Assembly: GCA_913045115.1 (NCBI GenBank)
Contig: CAJWPJ010000003.1
Coordinates: 854 to 64,853 of the forward strand
DNA: 64,000 nt
Direction of reading: 5' to 3'
From: an uncultured Gammaproteobacteria bacterium
GTDB lineage: Bacteria; Pseudomonadota; Gammaproteobacteria; GCA-002705445; GCA-002716945
In this document: one piece after another, positions 18,904 to 28,691 of the stretch
Layout of the letters: every line of letters begins with the position of its first letter
Numbering within the stretch: the stretch's first letter is position 1
Notes under the pieces: generated by a model
Databases searched by the model: none
What the model saw: the letters and a program-made list of their open reading frames with translations, nothing else
Told to the model about the DNA's origin: nothing
Position numbers and translations under genes: made by a program

Positions 18904-20186
18904 ATGTTCTTGATTCTTCATTTCTTATAATAGGAGAGGGGGTTACTTATCAGCACTGCAGTAATTTTTTCAAAAATAATCAGATAAAATATCAATCAAC
19001 CACTACTGATAATATTATTAATATAAGCAATAAAGAAATTATATGCAAAAATCAAAATATAACTATTGATACAATAGATTATATAGTTGTCAGCCCCGGG
19101 ATTTCTCCCTCCAATAATGCTATTAAAGATCTAAAAAAAGTCGGGTGTAAGATAACTACAGATATTGAGATAGTTCAAAGTCTGTCTAGATCTAAATTCA
19201 TATGTGTAACTGGTACAAACGGTAAAACATCAACTGTGAACCTTATCGCCGATATTATGAATGACAATAATTTGAAAACAATAGCCTGTGGTAATAATGG
19301 TGTATCTGTTTTTGAGTCGTTGCTGGGTGAGTATGATTACGTTGTATTAGAATTATCTAGCTATCAGTTAGAATATATCACAACACTCAATTCATACATA
19401 TCAGTAGTATTAAATATATCACCAGACCATCTTGATCGACACATAAATCTCGAAAATTATTTAGAGATAAAGCTAAAAATATTTAATGACTCGAAACATA
19501 AAATAATCTCTAAAGATCTTAATCACTGTCATGACTATTCAACATTTGAGGTAAGGGATAGTAGATTTTATTCAAATGATGTAAAATTAAAAGATCTCTC
19601 AATTGTTGATGATAGTTATATATCATATCAATCTAATTCCTACCCTATACATGGCATACATGAATCACGTAATCTATGTGCATGCATTTCAGTACTCAGA
19701 ATAATTGGATTATCTTTGAAAGATATTCTTGAATCGTTCTCAAGACGAAAGCACCTCGAACATCGAGTTGAAGAATTTGTTACTTTCAATGATATAAAAT
19801 TTATCAATGACTCTAAATCAACGAATGCTGATTCGACTCATAACGCTCTCATGTCAATCAAAGGGAATATAATTCTTATTATGGGTGGTGATATTAAGAC
19901 AATGTCTTATGACATTTTAAATGATAGTATCAACGAGAAAGTTAAAAAATTAATTTTAATTGGAGAAAATAGAGAACTTCTTAATAAAGCGCTAAGAGTT
20001 AGTAGCAAAAAAGTTTTTTGTAATAGTCTTGAGCATGCAACCTCTTATATATTTTCTGTGATGTCTCCAGGAGACACTATCCTTATGTCCCCAGGAACGT
20101 CCAGTTATTGTATGTATGATAACTATCAGCAAAGAGGTAACCATTTCAAGGAACTTATAAACAATTATGTTAGCCAGAAAAATTAG
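18900..20186 (+). CDS. murD: UDP-MurNAc-L-Ala:D-Glu ligase
   Basis: SPGI, VTGTNGKTST, ELSSYQLE, PDHLDRH, INDSKSTN, RGNHF. Confidence 0.93.
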   Translation: MNVLDSSFLIIGEGVTYQHCSNFFKNNQIKYQSTTTDNIINISNKEIICKNQNITIDTIDYIVVSPGISPSNNAIKDLKKVGCKITTDIEIVQSLSRSKFICVTGTNGKTSTVNLIADIMNDNNLKTIACGNNGVSVFESLLGEYDYVVLELSSYQLEYITTLNSYISVVLNISPDHLDRHINLENYLEIKLKIFNDSKHKIISKDLNHCHDYSTFEVRDSRFYSNDVKLKDLSIVDDSYISYQSNSYPIHGIHESRNLCACISVLRIIGLSLKDILESFSRRKHLEHRVEEFVTFNDIKFINDSKSTNADSTHNALMSIKGNIILIMGGDIKTMSYDILNDSINEKVKKLILIGENRELLNKALRVSSKKVFCNSLEHATSYIFSVMSPGDTILMSPGTSSYCMYDNYQQRGNHFKELINNYVSQKN

Positions 20187-21321
20187 AAATGTTATAGATT
20201 TTTTTGATAACAGAGGCCTGGATTCTCTTTTTTTAGCCTGCGTGACAAGTTTAATCTTAATAGGTTTGGTAATGGTTACCTCATCAACCATAGATTTTGC
20301 TGCAACAAAATTTTCTAATCCACTTTTCTTCTTAAAGAAGCATTTTATTTTCATATTATTAGGCTTAACTGTATTGTATGTCGTCGCAAGAATAAAAATA
20401 AAACTTTATTACGACTATGGTCAGTATTTTTTAATCTTTGCTATTATGCTCTCCTTATTAGTTCATGTCCCTGGTCTAGGCAAGACTGTTAATGGGGCGA
20501 CAAGATGGATTGATTTGGGATTCTTTACGTTACAGATATCCGAAGTATCTAGACTTTTCTTCTTCCTGTGGCTTTCTGGTTACATTACTAGAAATAATTT
20601 TGATAAGAATTATTTAAAAATATTTATTTTTTTATCCATTCTTATGCTTGTGATAGTTTTTCAGAGGGATTTCGGTAGTATGATACTTCTATTTCTTACA
20701 TTTGTTGTTTTTTCTTTCCTTTCAAATTTGAAAATGATCAACCTTTTAAAAATACTCTCACTTGCGATATTACCTATATTCTTATTAGTTTATTTTTATC
20801 CATACAGGATACAGAGGATTCTTGCTTTTATTGATCCATGGAGCGACCCTCAAGGGAGTGGTTATCAAATAATAGCTTCACAAATTGCATTATCCTCAGG
20901 GGGGTTCTTTGGCCAAGGCTTAGGATCGAGCACACAGAAACTTTTTTATCTCCCTGAACAGTATAATGATTTTATTCTGGCGATAATTGGAGAGGAACTT
21001 GGCTTTATTTTTTTAGTGATACTTCTGATACTGTACTTTTTACTTTTCTCACGCATCTTCATTTTCTACAAGAAGACATCTAAAATATCAGAATTTTCAG
21101 CAAATATTATTTTATCTATAGTTCTTTTAATGTTTATTCAAACAATTATTCATATCTTAGTTAACATTGGTTTGTTCCCCACAAAGGGCATGGGGCTCCC
21201 ATTTATCAGTTATGGTGGCACAAATCTTCTCCTAATGTTTACTTACATAGGAATTCTCATAAGAATACAATTAGAAAATAAACAATTGTATAGTCAAGCA
21301 ACAAAGAAAAATCAAAAATGA
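20167..21321 (+). CDS. ftsW: SEDS peptidoglycan polymerase FtsW
   Basis: NGATRWI, Q.SE, DPW.DP.GSGYQ, LPE..NDFI, GEELG, LPFISYGG. Confidence 0.94.
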   Translation: MLARKIRNVIDFFDNRGLDSLFLACVTSLILIGLVMVTSSTIDFAATKFSNPLFFLKKHFIFILLGLTVLYVVARIKIKLYYDYGQYFLIFAIMLSLLVHVPGLGKTVNGATRWIDLGFFTLQISEVSRLFFFLWLSGYITRNNFDKNYLKIFIFLSILMLVIVFQRDFGSMILLFLTFVVFSFLSNLKMINLLKILSLAILPIFLLVYFYPYRIQRILAFIDPWSDPQGSGYQIIASQIALSSGGFFGQGLGSSTQKLFYLPEQYNDFILAIIGEELGFIFLVILLILYFLLFSRIFIFYKKTSKISEFSANIILSIVLLMFIQTIIHILVNIGLFPTKGMGLPFISYGGTNLLLMFTYIGILIRIQLENKQLYSQATKKNQK

Positions 21322-22409
21322 AAAAAAATATATTTATTGTTGCAAGTGGTACGGGTGGACATGTAGTTCCTGCTAACAATATTGCTATCAAAATAATAAG
21401 ATACGAATATCGCATCACATGGATAGGGACATCGCATGGCATAGAGAATAAAATTGTTAAGGATAAACGTATTAAATTAAAATACCTAAAATCCTCAGGT
21501 ATAAGAGGTAAAAACTTCTTTCATACGATCAAAGGCATGTTCAATTTAATTAGATCATTCTTTCAAAGCTTAGTATACATTTATAAAGATAAACCAATAT
21601 TTGTTTTAGGTTTTGGTGGATACATTTCAGTGCCAGTATCAATTGCGGCATTTTTAATGAGGGTGCCAGTTTATGTCCATGAGTCCAATTCTATAGCTGG
21701 TTCAGCAAATAAAATTAATAATATATTTTCTAAAATAACATTTCAGACGTTTCCAGAAACATTTCCTAGTAGTAAAAAAATTGTATTGTCAGGAAATCCA
21801 ATTAAAGATAGTTTCTCAAAGATTATAAAATCTGAAATAAAGTATCAAAATAGAAGAGAAACATTAAATTTACTAATATTCGGCGGTAGTCAAGGAGCCA
21901 GATTTTTTAATCATAATATTCCTTTATGTATTAATCAATTTGGCAATAAGTTCAACGTCATACATATCACAGGTACCCAAGATAAGAATCTAGTAGAAAA
22001 AATTTATAATAATTCTGGCATGAAAGCTAAAGTAATCGACTTCTCACACGAAATAGATAAATTATACGATTGGTCGGACATTATCATTTGCAGATCAGGT
22101 TCTATGACTGTAAGCGAAATCTGTCGAGCAAGTAGGGCTGCCATTCTTGTACCTTTTCTGTATGCGACCGATAATCATCAATATTCTAATGCCAAATTCC
22201 TTGAAAAAGGCAATGCGGCTAGAATAGTAGAGGAAAATGAAGATTTTTCCACTCAGTTATATGCATCATTGACAGAGATGTATAATAATCAAGAGATTTT
22301 ATTAAGAATGTCTAATAATAGTAAAAATCTTTTCCCAAATGATTCAAGTGCTATAATTCTAGAGAATATTCCTGAACTTAATGAAAAATTCAATAACACA
22401 GCACCTTAA
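21318..22409 (+). CDS. murG: Lipid II GlcNAc transferase
   Basis: GTGGHV, GFGGY, HESNS, GNP, FGGSQGA, RSG..T, DNHQ..NA. Confidence 0.95.
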   Translation: MKKNIFIVASGTGGHVVPANNIAIKIIRYEYRITWIGTSHGIENKIVKDKRIKLKYLKSSGIRGKNFFHTIKGMFNLIRSFFQSLVYIYKDKPIFVLGFGGYISVPVSIAAFLMRVPVYVHESNSIAGSANKINNIFSKITFQTFPETFPSSKKIVLSGNPIKDSFSKIIKSEIKYQNRRETLNLLIFGGSQGARFFNHNIPLCINQFGNKFNVIHITGTQDKNLVEKIYNNSGMKAKVIDFSHEIDKLYDWSDIIICRSGSMTVSEICRASRAAILVPFLYATDNHQYSNAKFLEKGNAARIVEENEDFSTQLYASLTEMYNNQEILLRMSNNSKNLFPNDSSAIILENIPELNEKFNNTAP

Positions 22410-23775
22410 AAACAAATCATTTTTCTTAATAGGCATTGGTGGCGCAGGAATGATGGGTATTGCAGAACTTCTTCATAATTTAGGATTCACAGTACGCGGC
22501 TCTGATATTAGAGAAAATAATGCTATAAAAAGACTTAGAAAATTAAAAATAAAGATATTTATTGGGCATGATTCAAAAAACCTCAATACGAATGACATTG
22601 TAATATTTTCCAACGCGATAAGAAAAAATAACGTTGAGTTGAGATACTCTCGTAAAAATAATATTACAACTCTAAGTAGGATGGAAATACTTGCAGAATT
22701 GATGAGGTTGAAATATGGTATCTCAATTACTGGTTCGCATGGAAAAACAACAACAACTAGTTTACTCAGTCACATCATGCACAAGAATAAACTTGATCCA
22801 ACTTATTTAATTGGCGGTAAATTAAAGACTGATGATCCTCATGTTAAGTTAGGGAATAGTCATTATTTAATAACAGAAACTGATGAGAGTGATCCGAGCT
22901 TCTCTAAGCTTAAGCCTCATTTGGTTGTATTGACAAACTTAGACAAAGAGCACTTAGATAATTATGACAATAGCTTTGCTAACCTCGAGGTTGCAATGTT
23001 AAAGCTAATTAACTCTATCCCATTTTATGGCAAGGCTTTTATAAATGGTGATGACAAAAATTCTGTAAAATTATTGAAAAAAATTAATAGAAGTTTTTTT
23101 TCTTATGGACTGAGTAAAAAAAATGATCTAGTTGCCGGTTCAATAAAATATAGCAATGGAAATAAAATGACATTTGATATAACTTTTGGTAAAAATGTAT
23201 ATAAAGTATCGACTAATCTTCTCGGAAAACACAATGTCTACAACATACTTTCAGCTATAGCAGTTAGTGTTCACTTAGGTATATCTATTACAAAATCAAT
23301 TAGCTCTCTAAAAAGTTTTTTTGGTGCGAGCAGAAGATTCGATGTATATAATAATTTTATAATCAATAATACTAAGCCAATTGTAATAGATGACTACGGG
23401 CATCATCCAACTGAAATTAGCTCAACCCTTAAAACAATTAATGAACTATATCCAGATAAAAAAATAATAATGATTTTTCAACCTCACCGTTTTTCAAGGA
23501 CGAAAGCCTATTGGAGATCATTTATAAAAGTCTTTAAATTAATAGATCATATCATTCTCCTACCAACATACTCTGCTGGTGAGAAAAATAATTCTTATGA
23601 TTCCTCATTTCTATATCACAAAATTAGTTCTAAGAATAAATTGTTACTTAAATCTACAACAAAAATAAATGATATATTACAAGAGACAAATTTTGATAAC
23701 TCTGTATTGGTCCTGCAAGGAGCTGGAGATATCAAAAATATAACAAATCTTTTAAAGAAAAAAAAATGTTCATAG
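22381..23775 (+). CDS. murC: UDP-MurNAc:L-Ala ligase
   Basis: IGIGGAGM, GSHGKTTTT, ETDESD, DDYGHHPTE, FQPHRFSRT. Confidence 0.96.
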   Translation: MKNSITQHLKNKSFFLIGIGGAGMMGIAELLHNLGFTVRGSDIRENNAIKRLRKLKIKIFIGHDSKNLNTNDIVIFSNAIRKNNVELRYSRKNNITTLSRMEILAELMRLKYGISITGSHGKTTTTSLLSHIMHKNKLDPTYLIGGKLKTDDPHVKLGNSHYLITETDESDPSFSKLKPHLVVLTNLDKEHLDNYDNSFANLEVAMLKLINSIPFYGKAFINGDDKNSVKLLKKINRSFFSYGLSKKNDLVAGSIKYSNGNKMTFDITFGKNVYKVSTNLLGKHNVYNILSAIAVSVHLGISITKSISSLKSFFGASRRFDVYNNFIINNTKPIVIDDYGHHPTEISSTLKTINELYPDKKIIMIFQPHRFSRTKAYWRSFIKVFKLIDHIILLPTYSAGEKNNSYDSSFLYHKISSKNKLLLKSTTKINDILQETNFDNSVLVLQGAGDIKNITNLLKKKKCS

Positions 23776-24599
23776 GCAAGAACTATCCTCTTAAAAAGAT
23801 CACAACTATTGGACTAGGGGGCTACTGTAAAGAATTTATCTGTCCAGAAGAAGACAAAGAACTGATAGAGATTACAAAAACTAATCCTCTTTACATAGGT
23901 AATGGGTCAAACATGTGTTTTGTAACTGAGTTCTATGACAGGACTATAGTCAGCCTTAAAAAGATGAAAAAATACATTAATATTGATGAGCAATATATTA
24001 CTTGTTCAGGCAATATATCATGTACAAAATTATCTAGACATCTTCATGATAATAAACTGCCAGGTTATGAATTTCTCTATGGTATTCCGGGAACTATTGC
24101 TGGAGCAGTTACTATGAATGCTGGAGCCTTTAAAAAAGAGATAATGCCTAATGTTTACAGTATAGATCTACTAGATGAGAAAGGTAATGCGTACACCCTG
24201 ACTCAAGATAATTTATCATATTCATATAGAACATCCAACATTAATACAAGATCTATTATAGTTTCTATTAAACTTTTAAGACAAACAGAAGATTTTGATA
24301 TTAACCTTCTTGATACACTTAACGATAAAAGAAAGTCAACTCAACCAATTAATCAATTATCATGTGGTTGTATTTTCAAAAATCCACCAGGAGATTATGC
24401 CGCTGGACTTATTGAGAAAGCCGACTTAAAAGGTAAACGTGTTGGTGGGATATATATCTCTGAAAAACATTCAAATTATTTTATTAATGATGGATCAGGA
24501 ACTTATAAAGATTTCCTACTCCTACTTCAGTGTGTCAAAAATGAAATATATACCAAGTTCGACATATTACTTGAAGAGGAGGTCATACTATTGAAATGA
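23766..24599 (+). CDS. murB: UDP-N-acetylenolpyruvoylglucosamine reductase
   Basis: IGNGSN, GIPGT.AGAVTMNAGA, YSYR, GCIFKNP, SEKHSNYFIN. Confidence 0.93.
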   Translation: MFIGKNYPLKKITTIGLGGYCKEFICPEEDKELIEITKTNPLYIGNGSNMCFVTEFYDRTIVSLKKMKKYINIDEQYITCSGNISCTKLSRHLHDNKLPGYEFLYGIPGTIAGAVTMNAGAFKKEIMPNVYSIDLLDEKGNAYTLTQDNLSYSYRTSNINTRSIIVSIKLLRQTEDFDINLLDTLNDKRKSTQPINQLSCGCIFKNPPGDYAAGLIEKADLKGKRVGGIYISEKHSNYFINDGSGTYKDFLLLLQCVKNEIYTKFDILLEEEVILLK

Positions 24600-25501
24600 A
24601 AAGCAAGGATTTTAGAATATGCGTCCTAGGAGGAGGTTGGTCAAATGAAAGAGAAATTTCTTTAAAAAGTTCTTCTGATGTCTATAAAACTTTACTTGAA
24701 AATAAACATAATGTTGTATTCTTTGATATGAAAAGAGATTCGTATGAGGATTTAAAATCTTTTTTATTAAATAATTCAGTTGATTATGTATTTAATCTTA
24801 TCCATGGAGAGGGTGGGGAAGATGGGAAAATACAAAGCTATTTAGATAATCTAGACATAAATTATTCTGGATCAAATTCACAATCATCTAGAATATCATT
24901 TAATAAATATCAAACGAAAGAGATATGGAAAGCTAACAATCTAGACACTCCTGATTATGAAATATTTTCTAATCAGACCTATGAGGATTTATCTATGTTA
25001 TATGGAGAAACTTTTTTTATTAAAGATACTTGTTCTGGTTCAAGTAATAATATTTTCCAAATTAAATGTAATAAAGATTTTGAAAATTTTGAAAAACATA
25101 AAAGTAACAGAGAATATATGATAGAAAAGAAAATATCATCCGATGAATATACAGCAGCTATCCTAAATGAGAGAGTACTGCCAATAATTAAGATTATTCC
25201 CTCTAATGAATTTTATGATTTTGAGGCAAAATATAAATCCAATGAAACTAAATTTTCATTTCCTGATTTAACTCAGTCAATAACAAATAAAATTAATACT
25301 CAAGTTACCGATGCTTTTAGGGTTTTAGGGTGCGAATCGTGGGCAAGAGTTGATTTTTTTATAGAAGATGAGCAAATTATTTTACTAGAAATTAATACAA
25401 TTCCTGGAATGACTGATCATAGCCTTGTCCCAAAGGCTGCAAGGAAATATGGTCTGAGCTATTATCAGCTAGTACTCGAGATTATTGGTATAGATGATTA
25501 G
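24596..25501 (+). CDS. ddl: D-alanine--D-alanine ligase
   Basis: GG.SNEREISLKS, HGEGGEDG, FYDFEAKY, ARVDF, LEINTIPGMT. Confidence 0.95.
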   Translation: MKSKDFRICVLGGGWSNEREISLKSSSDVYKTLLENKHNVVFFDMKRDSYEDLKSFLLNNSVDYVFNLIHGEGGEDGKIQSYLDNLDINYSGSNSQSSRISFNKYQTKEIWKANNLDTPDYEIFSNQTYEDLSMLYGETFFIKDTCSGSSNNIFQIKCNKDFENFEKHKSNREYMIEKKISSDEYTAAILNERVLPIIKIIPSNEFYDFEAKYKSNETKFSFPDLTQSITNKINTQVTDAFRVLGCESWARVDFFIEDEQIILLEINTIPGMTDHSLVPKAARKYGLSYYQLVLEIIGIDD

Positions 25502-26138
25502 GACACTTCTAATCTCATCAATTATTTTACTGACTATACTTCTTTATAAATCAGATTACTTTGTGTATCCAATAGATGAGGTTGAAATTGTCTCAACTAC
25601 CTCAAACCACAATAATCGTAAAATTAATGATATCGTAAATTCTCTTCAAGGGAGTGACTTACTATCGCTTGATTTGAATATGTTAAAAAATAAACTAATA
25701 TCGGATGGGTGGATAAAAGATGTTGAAATAAAGAAATCTTTTCCATCAAAACTAGAGATAATCATAGTCCCTCAAGAGCCCTACGCTATTTATAACTCGC
25801 AGATATTGATGAAAGATGGTTCTGTTTTAAAATCAAAGGTTTTACCAAAAAATCTTGTTATTGTAGTTGATAAGACAAATAACAAGCTAGACTCTCTAGA
25901 GCTATTGATGTTGTGTAATGAGATGCTAGCTAAAATAGATCTCAATATCATAAAACTTGAAATATATGACTCTATCATCAAAATAAATACTTCATCAAAT
26001 TTATTGATATCTGACAGGAAGAATTTAGAATTGAATCTCAAAAGATTGATCGAGTCATTTGATAATCTTCAAACGTTGTTTAAGAAAGATATAAAATCTA
26101 TAGATATGCGATATTCCAATGGTTTTGCTATCAAATAA
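25494..26138 (+). CDS. ftsQ: Cell division protein FtsQ (short)
   Basis: TM helix plus POTRA domain (WIKDVEIKKSFPSKL); C-terminal IDMRYSNGFA; position. Confidence 0.88.
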   Translation: MIRTLLISSIILLTILLYKSDYFVYPIDEVEIVSTTSNHNNRKINDIVNSLQGSDLLSLDLNMLKNKLISDGWIKDVEIKKSFPSKLEIIIVPQEPYAIYNSQILMKDGSVLKSKVLPKNLVIVVDKTNNKLDSLELLMLCNEMLAKIDLNIIKLEIYDSIIKINTSSNLLISDRKNLELNLKRLIESFDNLQTLFKKDIKSIDMRYSNGFAIK

Positions 26139-26166
26139 TAGCTTAAATGAGATATAATGTTCGTTA

Positions 26167-27411
26167 ATGAGCAATGTAAAAAGCACTGATACTCTTGTTG
26201 CATTAGACATAGGCACATCTAAAGTCTTATGCTTGGTAGCTGATATTGATGATAAAGGCGATTTAAGAATCATCGGCATAGGCAATGAACCATGCACAGG
26301 ACTCAATAAAGGTGTTATTTCAGAAATAGATGCTACTGTTTCAAGTATCAGGCGCGCAAAAGAAAAAGCCAGCTCAATGTCTACATGTAACATTCAATCT
26401 GTTACCACAGGTATCGCTGGTAATCATATTCAAAGTTACAATGGCAATGGTGCGGTGAATATTTTGAATGATGAGGTCACCTCTGAAGATAAGGAGGAAG
26501 TGCTAAATAATGCCCAAAATATTCAAATTCCAAAAGATCAAGAAATACTTCACTCAATAGAACAGCATTATACAATCGATGGACAACCTGGTATCAGAGA
26601 ACCTTTAGGGATGGCTGGAGCTAGATTAGAGGCAAATGTTCATATTATTACTACGTCTTCAACAGCTAAAAGAAATCTTACGAAGTGCATAAATAACAGT
26701 TTACTAGAGATAGATGATTATGTCCTCCAACCAGTCGCGTCAAGTGAAGCTGTTCTATCTAATGAAGAACGTGACTTAGGCGTCTGTTTAATTGATATTG
26801 GTTGTGGCACAACGGATATAGCAATTTTTACAGATGGGACAATTAAACATACCGCTGTGATTCCCATTGGAAGTCAAATGATTACTAATGACATTAGAAT
26901 AATATTATGCACATCATTAGATGCTGCAGAAGAAATAAAGATACAATATGGGGCAGTGTCTTCTGATAACGATGTGGATGTGAAAATTCCTGTCCCATCT
27001 GTCTCTGACAAGCCAGATACTGAGACAACTAAAACGATTCTGACTCAAATAATATCTGCACGAGTTAACGAAATATTTGATGCAATACAAAAAGAAATCC
27101 ATAATAGCGGTTACTCAGGTAAAATCAGAGCAGGGATAGTATTTACTGGTGGAGGAGCAAAGCTTGAAGGCTTGGACAGTTTTGCTGAATCTTATTTTCA
27201 AAAACCTTCAAGAATCGGCTCTCCAAAATCAATTAAGGGGCTTGAGGATCTACGTGGTAAAACGAGGTATTCTACTGCCGTTGGTTTGCTCTTATACCGA
27301 CAAAGGGGGCTTAGCCTGTTGGCGTCAAAAAATAAGTATACCTCCAAAATTGGCTCTATCCTTGATAAATACGCAAAAAAACTGTCCAATTATTTCCAAA
27401 AAGAACTTTAA
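26167..27411 (+). CDS. ftsA: Cell division protein FtsA
   Basis: ALDIGTSKV, GIAGNHI, PLGMAGARLEA, DIGCGTTD, VFTGGGA, YSTAVGLL. Confidence 0.97.
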   Translation: MSNVKSTDTLVALDIGTSKVLCLVADIDDKGDLRIIGIGNEPCTGLNKGVISEIDATVSSIRRAKEKASSMSTCNIQSVTTGIAGNHIQSYNGNGAVNILNDEVTSEDKEEVLNNAQNIQIPKDQEILHSIEQHYTIDGQPGIREPLGMAGARLEANVHIITTSSTAKRNLTKCINNSLLEIDDYVLQPVASSEAVLSNEERDLGVCLIDIGCGTTDIAIFTDGTIKHTAVIPIGSQMITNDIRIILCTSLDAAEEIKIQYGAVSSDNDVDVKIPVPSVSDKPDTETTKTILTQIISARVNEIFDAIQKEIHNSGYSGKIRAGIVFTGGGAKLEGLDSFAESYFQKPSRIGSPKSIKGLEDLRGKTRYSTAVGLLLYRQRGLSLLASKNKYTSKIGSILDKYAKKLSNYFQKEL

Positions 27412-27439
27412 TATATCCAATTTGGTCTAATCATATGAA

Positions 27440-27468
27440 TTGTAAGACATAGAGCATTTTGGTAGAAT
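27440..27468 (+). promoter_or_regulatory. Sigma70 promoter of lpxC (extended -10)
   Basis: TTGTAA, 17-nt spacer, TAGAAT with a TGn extension; ATG 6 nt downstream. Confidence 0.6.
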
Positions 27469-27474
27469 TTCCGT

Positions 27475-28383
27475 ATGTTAAAACAGAGAACATTATCTAG
27501 TAGTATTACAGCAACAGGTGTTGGACTACATACTGGTAAGAAAATTAATTTGCGAATTAATCCAGGCCGGCCTGACAAAGGCATTATATTCATCCGTAAA
27601 GACATCTCAAGTGAGCCAATAGCTGCCTCATTGAAAAATGTCCATGACACGAGGCTGTCAACAACAATTTCAAACGGTGATGCATCCGTCTCAACCGTGG
27701 AACATTTATTATCTGCTCTAGCAGGTTTGGGCATAGACAATGCGACAATTGAGCTAGACGGTCCAGAGGTTCCGATTATGGATGGAAGTTCGCGTCCATT
27801 TGTTTTTTTAATTCAATCAGCAGGAATAAGCGAACAGAATCATCCAAAAAAATTTATCAAAATTACAAAAGATATTGAGGTTAAACAGAATGATAAGTGG
27901 GCAAAGATTGAACCGTATGATGGATTTAAGGTAGCCTTTACCATAGATTTTGATCATCCATCTTTCCCAAAAGAAACTCAAACTTCTACAATAGACTTCT
28001 CTACAATTTCCTATCTCAGCCAGGTAAGCCGCGCAAGGACTTTTGGATTTGCGAAAGATATCGAAAATTTAAGAAAAAATAATCTAGCGCTAGGCGGAAG
28101 CGTTAATAATGCAATTGTAATTGATGATTATAAAATCATAAATGAAGACGGATTGAGATATAAGGATGAATTTGTAAAACATAAGATACTCGATGCTATA
28201 GGAGATTTATACCTACTAGGACATAGCTTGATAGGGTCTTTTTCTGCATTTAAGTCTGGTCATCATCTTAATAATCTCTTGCTGAGAGAGCTCATAAATA
28301 ATGAAAATGCATGGGAGCAAGTAATCATAGAAGAGGAGGAAAAGTCTCCGATACTTTTCACACACGTCACTGAGTCTATCTAA
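27475..28383 (+). CDS. lpxC: UDP-3-O-acyl-GlcNAc deacetylase
   Basis: [45 protein letters not shown]. Confidence 0.98.
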   Translation: MLKQRTLSSSITATGVGLHTGKKINLRINPGRPDKGIIFIRKDISSEPIAASLKNVHDTRLSTTISNGDASVSTVEHLLSALAGLGIDNATIELDGPEVPIMDGSSRPFVFLIQSAGISEQNHPKKFIKITKDIEVKQNDKWAKIEPYDGFKVAFTIDFDHPSFPKETQTSTIDFSTISYLSQVSRARTFGFAKDIENLRKNNLALGGSVNNAIVIDDYKIINEDGLRYKDEFVKHKILDAIGDLYLLGHSLIGSFSAFKSGHHLNNLLLRELINNENAWEQVIIEEEEKSPILFTHVTESI

Positions 28384-28642
28384 TTTTTATATGTATATCC
28401 TGGATATTATACATACCGTAATTTTTGAATAATTCTAAGTATTTTTCTCTCTCAAATTTTATAATAGACCCCACTGAACTGTCATCACATTCGATAGTTA
28501 TACTGTATTCTGAGTAATTTATTACATGAATTTTACCTTTCATTTTTTCTTGAGACGTTTGTGTTAGCAACTCATCTAAATCATCAATAATTTCTTTCTT
28601 CTTAAGTACTTTATTAGGTATAAAATCCGATATCTTTTTCAT
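28376..28642 (-). CDS. Probable DciA/DUF721-like helicase loader (divergent)
   Basis: Small antisense gene in the conserved lpxC-secA slot. The predicted pattern (IHVINY..ITIEC.DSS..S.IKF..E..L..IHIKIR) fits; start ATG 28642. Confidence 0.55.
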   Translation of the reverse strand: MKKISDFIPNKVLKKKEIIDDLDELLTQTSQEKMKGKIHVINYSEYSITIECDDSSVGSIIKFEREKYLELFKNYGMYNIQDIHIKIR

Positions 28643-28691
28643 ATAACACCCATTTATTGTATGATAAACCATATTTCATAATGTATAAAAT

